DNA from: a virus
Taxonomy: Duplodnaviria; Heunggongvirae; Uroviricota; Caudoviricetes
DNA length: 14,385 bases
Virus record (IMG/VR): IMGVR_UViG_2713896833_000003
Coordinates: 1-14,385 of that record
Direction: 5' to 3' (one strand)
Of the stretch, positions 9,714 through 14,385 are shown piece by piece. Each line of letters starts with the position of its first letter. Positions within the stretch are counted from its first letter, which is position 1. The notes beneath the pieces are model-generated. The model searched no databases, was not told the DNA's origin, and saw nothing but the letters and a program-made list of their open reading frames with translations. The position numbers and the translations under genes were made by a program.

Positions 9714-9752
9714 TTGCATATCTCGCAACAAAAACACTTGCATAATGCGCAA
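9714..9752 (+). promoter_or_regulatory. pL/oL-like region: two 15-bp operator-like sites TTGCATATCTCGCAA and TTGCATAATGCGCAA overlapping -35/-10-like hexamers
   Basis: Sites share the TTGC(A)-N5-(C)GCAA form with sites in the cI/cro intergenic region; TTGCAT and CATAAT hexamers present; lies between the cI terminator and the leftward gene block as in lambda. Confidence 0.45.
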
Positions 9753-10177
9753 CTTCATTTTATCTTTCTTTCCAGACAAACAAACAAGGTACTAACAAAA
9801 TTTGGTTGTAACACGGCGTATGGCACATGCGTCGTTAGCGGTCTGGGGACGTTAAAGGGGACAATCCACTCCTTGCTCGGGCAAACAAACCAGGTAGCCG
9901 GAATGTGCAAGTCAATGATGATGCTGATAAGACGCCTAACCAGCGTGGCGATTCGGTTTGACGCCTGGGAAGAGACCAGGGTGCAACGATGAGGGCATTT
10001 ATGGAGCCGCGACAAAGTGTGGTGCCGTAACTGGCTAAGTGCTCTCAGCGTTGTGGTAATCCGCGAAATGGCGCGGCGGTAAGTATGGCGGGGTTACTCT
10101 TTCCCCGTTGAGGACACCGGATTGTCAGGTTGACCATACGCCTGAGTGACAACCCCACCACAACAGCCACTGCTTTG

Positions 10178-10223
10178 GCGGTACCAGTTTGTACACTTGC
10201 TTCCGGCTGGTACCGCTCTTTTT
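10178..10223 (+). terminator. Intrinsic terminator-like hairpin inside the long leader (GCGGTACCAG-N19-CTGGTACCGC then TCTTTTT)
   Basis: Perfect 10-bp inverted repeat followed by a T-tract, about 140 nt upstream of the yfdP-like start. Confidence 0.5.
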
Positions 10224-10360
10224 ACAAAACAGAGAAGAGCATCACCGGACGACGGGCTCATAACCCAATCCATCCGGGCGGCTGCCACCGCAGGTGTTCT
10301 TCTCTGTTTTGTGGAGAAACCAACCGACCTTGCAGGGTCGATATGATGAGGAACAGCAAA

Positions 10361-10723
10361 ATGGCTAGCGAACGCAGTACTGATGTGCAGGCATTTATCG
10401 GGGAGCTGGACGGCGGCGTATTTGAAACCAAAATCGGCGCAGTTCTCAGTGAAGTCGCTTCCGGTGTGATGAACACGAAAACCAAAGGTAAGGTCTCACT
10501 CAACCTGGAAATCGAACCATTTGATGAGAACCGTGTGAAAATCAAACACAAACTCTCATATGTTCGCCCGACTAACCGCGGGAAAATTTCCGAAGAAGAC
10601 ACCACCGAAACGCCGATGTATGTCAATCGCGGTGGTCGCCTGACTATTCTGCAGGAAGACCAGGGACAATTACTGACTCTTGCCGGTGAACCTGACGGAA
10701 AACTACGCGCAGCAGGTCATTAA
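10361..10723 (+). CDS. yfdP: YfdP-like cryptic-prophage protein
   Basis: ATG at 10361 gives 120 aa (MASERSTDVQAF...), the length I recall for K-12 YfdP; the ORF track extension to 10130 starts at TTG and is Cys/Arg-rich, unlike a protein. Confidence 0.6.
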   Translation: MASERSTDVQAFIGELDGGVFETKIGAVLSEVASGVMNTKTKGKVSLNLEIEPFDENRVKIKHKLSYVRPTNRGKISEEDTTETPMYVNRGGRLTILQEDQGQLLTLAGEPDGKLRAAGH

Positions 10724-10788
10724 TATCGTTCTTAATTAACTGATTATTTATCTCATCACTGAATATCTTTATATAGTGAGGACTTATT

Positions 10789-11613
10789 ATGTCTCAGAAC
10801 TTAGACGCAACCGCAATTAATCAAATCCATGCCCTTATTTCTGCTCAGGGTGTTAATGAAATTATCAGTAAGATTGGTGCCGATGCTGTGGCATTGCCTG
10901 AGAATTTCCGCATTCATGATCTGGAAAAATTTAATTTAAATCGCTTCCGTTTCCGTGGCGCGCTTTCCACTGCCAGCATCGATGATTTTACCCGTTATTC
11001 TAAAGATCTTGCAGATGAAGGCACCCGCTGCTTTATCGATGCTGATAATATGCGTGCCGTCAGTGTGCTTAACCTGGGTACTATTGATGAACCAGGTCAC
11101 GCAGATAACACCGCCACTCTCAAACTGAAAAAGACAGCACCGTTCTCTGCCCTGTTGTCTGTTAACGGCGAGCGTAACTCCCAGAAGTCACTGGCAGAAT
11201 GGATTGAAGACTGGGCCGACTACCTTGTGGGCTTTGATGCTAATGGTGACGCCATTCAGGCAACAAAAGCGGCTGCGGCGGTCCGTAAAATCACGATTGA
11301 AGCAAACCAGACCGCTGATTTTGAAGACAATGACTTCAGCGGCAAACGCTCTCTGATGGAGTCTGTCGAAGCGAAAACCAAAGACATTATGCCAGTAGCA
11401 TTTGAGTTTAAATGCGTTCCGTTTGAAGGCCTGAAAGAACGTCCGTTTAAATTACGCCTCAGCATTATCACTGGTGATCGCCCTGTACTGGTTCTGCGCA
11501 TTATTCAGCTGGAAGCAGTGCAGGAAGAAATGGCTAACGAATTTCGTGATCTGCTTGTTGAAAAATTCAAAGACAGCAAAGTAGAAACCTTTATTGGTAC
11601 TTTCACCGCCTGA
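10789..11613 (+). CDS. yfdQ: YfdQ-like protein (DUF2303 family)
   Basis: 274-aa ORF with GAGGA SD 8 nt upstream; length and gene order match the yfdQ-yfdR-yfdS-yfdT block of the K-12 CPS-53 prophage (from memory). Confidence 0.65.
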   Translation: MSQNLDATAINQIHALISAQGVNEIISKIGADAVALPENFRIHDLEKFNLNRFRFRGALSTASIDDFTRYSKDLADEGTRCFIDADNMRAVSVLNLGTIDEPGHADNTATLKLKKTAPFSALLSVNGERNSQKSLAEWIEDWADYLVGFDANGDAIQATKAAAAVRKITIEANQTADFEDNDFSGKRSLMESVEAKTKDIMPVAFEFKCVPFEGLKERPFKLRLSIITGDRPVLVLRIIQLEAVQEEMANEFRDLLVEKFKDSKVETFIGTFTA

Positions 11614-11740
11614 TTTCATTACTGCAAATGCCCCTGCGGGGGCATTTATGGAAACGTAATTAACTCAATAATCACCGGATGGTGAGGGCTTCCTTTTACC
11701 CAAACTCAGCGCGGTGCAGCGCATATACGTGGAGAACAAA

Positions 11741-12277
11741 ATGTCATTTATTAAAACTTTTTCCGGGAAGCATTTTTATTATGACAAGATAAATAAAGAC
11801 GACATCGTGATTAACGATATCGCGGTTTCCCTTTCAAATATCTGCCGCTTTGCCGGTCATCTTTCTCACTTCTACAGTGTCGCCCAACATGCGGTGCTTT
11901 GCAGCCAGCTGGTGCCGCAGGAATTTGCTTTTGAAGCGTTAATGCATGATGCAACAGAAGCGTATTGCCAGGATATTCCCGCTCCACTGAAACGCCTTCT
12001 GCCTGACTATAAACGGATGGAAGAAAAAATTGACGCCGTAATCCGTGAGAAATACGGGTTACCCCCAGTTATGAGTACGCCCGTGAAATATGCCGATCTT
12101 ATCATGCTGGCAACCGAACGCCGCGATCTCGGGCTTGATGATGGCTCTTTCTGGCCTGTACTGGAAGGCATCCCGGCAACAGAGATGTTCAACGTGATTC
12201 CACTGGCACCTAGCCATGCCTACGGGATGTTTATGGAACGTTTTAACGAGTTATCGGAGTTACGCAAATGCGCATGA
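11741..12277 (+). CDS. yfdR: HD-domain phosphohydrolase, YfdR-like
   Basis: HD-domain motifs (HLSHFYSVAQHAV ... LMHDATEAY...D); ATG at 11741 with GGAG SD gives 178 aa; stop overlaps the yfdS-like start. Confidence 0.65.
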   Translation: MSFIKTFSGKHFYYDKINKDDIVINDIAVSLSNICRFAGHLSHFYSVAQHAVLCSQLVPQEFAFEALMHDATEAYCQDIPAPLKRLLPDYKRMEEKIDAVIREKYGLPPVMSTPVKYADLIMLATERRDLGLDDGSFWPVLEGIPATEMFNVIPLAPSHAYGMFMERFNELSELRKCA

Positions 12278-12630
12278 ATGTTTTCGAAATGGAAGGGTTT
12301 CTTCGCGGGAAATGTGTACCGCGAGATCTGAAAGTGAACGAAACAAATGCTGAGTACCTGGTACGTAAATTCGACGCGCTTGAAGCTAAATGTGCGGCAC
12401 TGGAAAACAAAGTAATACCAGTGTCAACTGAACTGCCACCAGCAAATGAAAGTGTTTTGTTATTCGATGCTAACGGAGAAGGCTGGCTGATTGGCTGGCG
12501 TTCTCTCTGGTACACCTGGGGACAAAAAGAAACCGGAGAATGGCAGTGGACATTTCAGGTCGGGGACCTTGAAAACGTCAATATCACTCACTGGGCAGTA
12601 ATGCCAAAAGCACCGGAGGCTGGAGCATAA
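12268..12630 (+). CDS. yfdS: YfdS-like protein (DUF551)
   Basis: 120-aa ORF overlapping the upstream stop; stop overlaps the next start (TAATG). Confidence 0.6.
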   Translation: MRMNVFEMEGFLRGKCVPRDLKVNETNAEYLVRKFDALEAKCAALENKVIPVSTELPPANESVLLFDANGEGWLIGWRSLWYTWGQKETGEWQWTFQVGDLENVNITHWAVMPKAPEAGA

Positions 12631-12935
12631 TGACCACTTTTACCGACAAAGAACTGATTAAAGAAATTAAAGAGCGTATCAGCAGCCTTGACGTGCGAGA
12701 CGATATTGAGCGCCGTGCTTATGAAATCGCACTCCTATCTCTGGAAGTAGAACCAGATGAACGCGAAGCTTATGAATTATTCATGGAAAAGCGTTTTGGT
12801 GACTTAGTAGATCGTCGGAGAGCAAAAAACGGCGATAACGAATACATGGCATGGGATATGACTCTCGGTTGGATCGTCTGGCAGCAACGAGCTGGTATCC
12901 ATTTCTCAACAATGTCACAGCAAGAGGTGAAATAA
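12630..12935 (+). CDS. yfdT: YfdT-like protein
   Basis: 101-aa ORF translationally coupled to neighbours on both sides. Confidence 0.6.
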   Translation: MTTFTDKELIKEIKERISSLDVRDDIERRAYEIALLSLEVEPDEREAYELFMEKRFGDLVDRRRAKNGDNEYMAWDMTLGWIVWQQRAGIHFSTMSQQEVK

Positions 12936-13285
12936 TGGAGCCATACAGCCTCACACTCGATGAGGCCTGTCATTTTCTCAAGATATCCAGACCGACTGCC
13001 ATTAACTGGATACGCACAGGGCGTCTTCAGGCAACACGCAAAGATCCCACTAAGAATAAATCTCCTTACCTCACAACACGACAAGCCTGCATTGCGGCTC
13101 TTCAATCTCCGCTGCATACTGTCCAGGTGAGCGCGGGTGATGGCATAACAGAGGAAAGAAAATGTCACTCTTCCGCAGAGGTGAAATATGGTACGCCAGT
13201 TTCACATTGCCGAACGGTAAAAGATTTAAACAGTCTCTTGGAACAAAGGACAAAAGGCAGGCGACAGAACTCCATGACAAGCTAA
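12935..13285 (+). CDS. xis: Excisionase-like (Xis/AlpA-type MerR-like wHTH) recombination directionality factor
   Basis: ATG at 12935 with GAGG SD 7 nt upstream; N-terminal [30 protein letters not shown] resembles Xis-type HTH; ORF track start at 12851 would lie inside the yfdT-like gene; 3' end overlaps int by 124 bp. Confidence 0.6.
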   Translation: MEPYSLTLDEACHFLKISRPTAINWIRTGRLQATRKDPTKNKSPYLTTRQACIAALQSPLHTVQVSAGDGITEERKCHSSAEVKYGTPVSHCRTVKDLNSLLEQRTKGRRQNSMTS

Positions 13286-14325
13286 AGGCTGAAGCATGGC
13301 GGGTCAGCAAACTTGGTGAAATACCTGATATAACGTTCGAGGAAGCGTGTGTCAGGTGGCTTGAAGAGAAAGCACATAAAAAATCACTGGACGATGACAA
13401 AAGCCGGATCGGATTCTGGCTTCAACATTTCGCAGGAATGCAACTAAGAGACATTACTGAATCAAAAATTTATTCAGCAATGCAGAAAATGACGAACCGG
13501 CGTCATGAGGAAAACTGGAAACTCAGGGCAGAAGCATGCAGAAAAAAAGGGAAACCTGTTCCAGAATACACGCCAAAACCAGCGTCCGTTGCAACGAAGG
13601 CTACGCATCTTTCATTTATAAAGGCCCTACTAAGAGCCGCAGAGCGTGAATGGAAAATGCTGGATAAGGCACCAATTATTAAAGTGCCTCAACCAAAGAA
13701 TAAACGGATCCGCTGGCTGGAGCCCCATGAAGCACAAAGGCTGATTGATGAATGTCCGGAGCCATTAAAGTCTGTTGTTGAATTTGCACTGGCAACAGGC
13801 TTAAGACGCTCGAACATCATCAACCTTGAATGGCAACAAATAGATATGCAGCGCCGGGTGGCATGGATAAACCCGGAAGAGAGTAAATCAAACCGCGCAA
13901 TTGGCGTTGCGCTGAATGATACTGCATGTCGCGTATTGAAAAAACAAATCGGGAATCATCACCGTTGGGTATTTGTGTACAAGGAAAGCTGTACCAAACC
14001 AGACGGAACGAAAGCGCCAACAGTAAGGAAGATGCGGTATGACGCAAACACAGCCTGGAAAGCGGCGCTGAGACGGGCTGGTATTGATGATTTCAGATTT
14101 CACGACTTGAGACACACCTGGGCAAGTTGGCTGGTTCAAGCCGGAGTCCCGTTGTCAGTGTTACAGGAAATGGGAGGCTGGGAGTCTATCGAAATGGTTC
14201 GTCGATATGCTCACCTTGCACCTAATCACCTTACCGAACACGCACGGCAAATAGACTCGATCCTGAACCCATCGGTCCCAAATTTGTCCCAGTCAAAAAA
14301 TAAGGAAGGTACTAATGATGTGTAA
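13162..14325 (+). CDS. int: Tyrosine site-specific integrase (lambda Int family)
   Basis: 387 aa; N-terminal [10 protein letters not shown] arm-binding-type region; C-terminal catalytic motifs LRRSN (Arg), HDLRHTWAS (His-x-x-Arg), VRRYAHL (Tyr); stop codon lies inside the right direct repeat. Confidence 0.9.
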   Translation: MSLFRRGEIWYASFTLPNGKRFKQSLGTKDKRQATELHDKLKAEAWRVSKLGEIPDITFEEACVRWLEEKAHKKSLDDDKSRIGFWLQHFAGMQLRDITESKIYSAMQKMTNRRHEENWKLRAEACRKKGKPVPEYTPKPASVATKATHLSFIKALLRAAEREWKMLDKAPIIKVPQPKNKRIRWLEPHEAQRLIDECPEPLKSVVEFALATGLRRSNIINLEWQQIDMQRRVAWINPEESKSNRAIGVALNDTACRVLKKQIGNHHRWVFVYKESCTKPDGTKAPTVRKMRYDANTAWKAALRRAGIDDFRFHDLRHTWASWLVQAGVPLSVLQEMGGWESIEMVRRYAHLAPNHLTEHARQIDSILNPSVPNLSQSKNKEGTNDV

Positions 14326-14385
14326 CTTATTGATTTAAATGGTGCCGATAATAGGAGTCGAACCTACGACCTTCGCATTACGAAT
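14322..14385. repeat. Right copy of the 64-bp direct repeat (att site)
   Basis: Identical to bases 1-64; overlaps the int stop codon. Confidence 0.9.
14340..14385 (-). tRNA. thrW: tRNA-Thr(CGU) 3' portion, truncated by the window edge; probably the intact gene continuing beyond 14385
   Basis: Reverse complement equals the tRNA-Thr 3' half ending in CCA; int lies next to it, the usual arrangement for the reconstituted tRNA junction. Confidence 0.55.

Noticed and set aside
9714-9992. 92-aa plus-strand ORF in the leader
   Set aside because: No SD, Cys/Met-rich and not protein-like, starts inside the operator sites; region treated as non-coding leader
10130-10360. N-terminal extension of the yfdP-like ORF in the ORF track (197 aa)
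   Set aside because: Starts at TTG, extension is Cys/Arg/Pro-rich and spans the leader terminator; ATG at 10361 gives the expected 120 aa
12851-12934. Upstream extension of the excisionase ORF (start at 12851)
   Set aside because: Would overlap the yfdT-like gene by 84 bp; ATG at 12935 has a proper SD and TAATG coupling
12770-13168. 132-aa minus-strand ORF antisense to the yfdT-like and xis genes
   Set aside because: Cys-rich and antisense to coupled genes with good starts; no supporting signals
13820-14139. Minus-strand ORFs of 75 and 83 aa inside int
   Set aside because: Antisense to the integrase gene, which has clear catalytic motifs

Overview
The window is one complete integrated element of about 14.3 kb, bounded by a perfect 64-bp direct repeat (1-64 = 14322-14385). 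Each repeat copy carries the 3' 46 nt of a tRNA-Thr(CGU) gene on the minus strand, and a lambda-family tyrosine integrase with an overlapping excisionase-like gene sits at the right end. The interior is a lambdoid early region with no lysis, packaging or morphogenesis genes. It has a CI-like HTH+S24 repressor (8966-9658) facing a minus-strand operon of tightly coupled genes: Cro-like, CII-like, a frameshifted gene, an O-like replication initiator with iteron-like repeats inside the gene, a PerC-like regulator, a LexA N-terminal-domain-only paralog and a RusA-like protein. On the plus strand downstream of cI lies a long ORF-free leader with an internal terminator, then a yfdP-yfdQ-yfdR-yfdS-yfdT-like block, xis and int. 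The left arm carries cargo: an EcoRII-type restriction-modification pair (convergent endonuclease and Dcm-family C5-methyltransferase), an orphan GIY-YIG nuclease-like gene and a 1.6-kb ORF-poor stretch. The most unusual signals are a consensus SOS box palindrome inside the cI coding sequence together with the element-encoded LexA DNA-binding-domain paralog; the frameshift at a G5 tract; the convergent overlap of the GIY-YIG and RusA-like ORFs; and the N-less leader with its embedded terminator. All family assignments come from reading motifs by eye and from memory of protein families; no searches were run.
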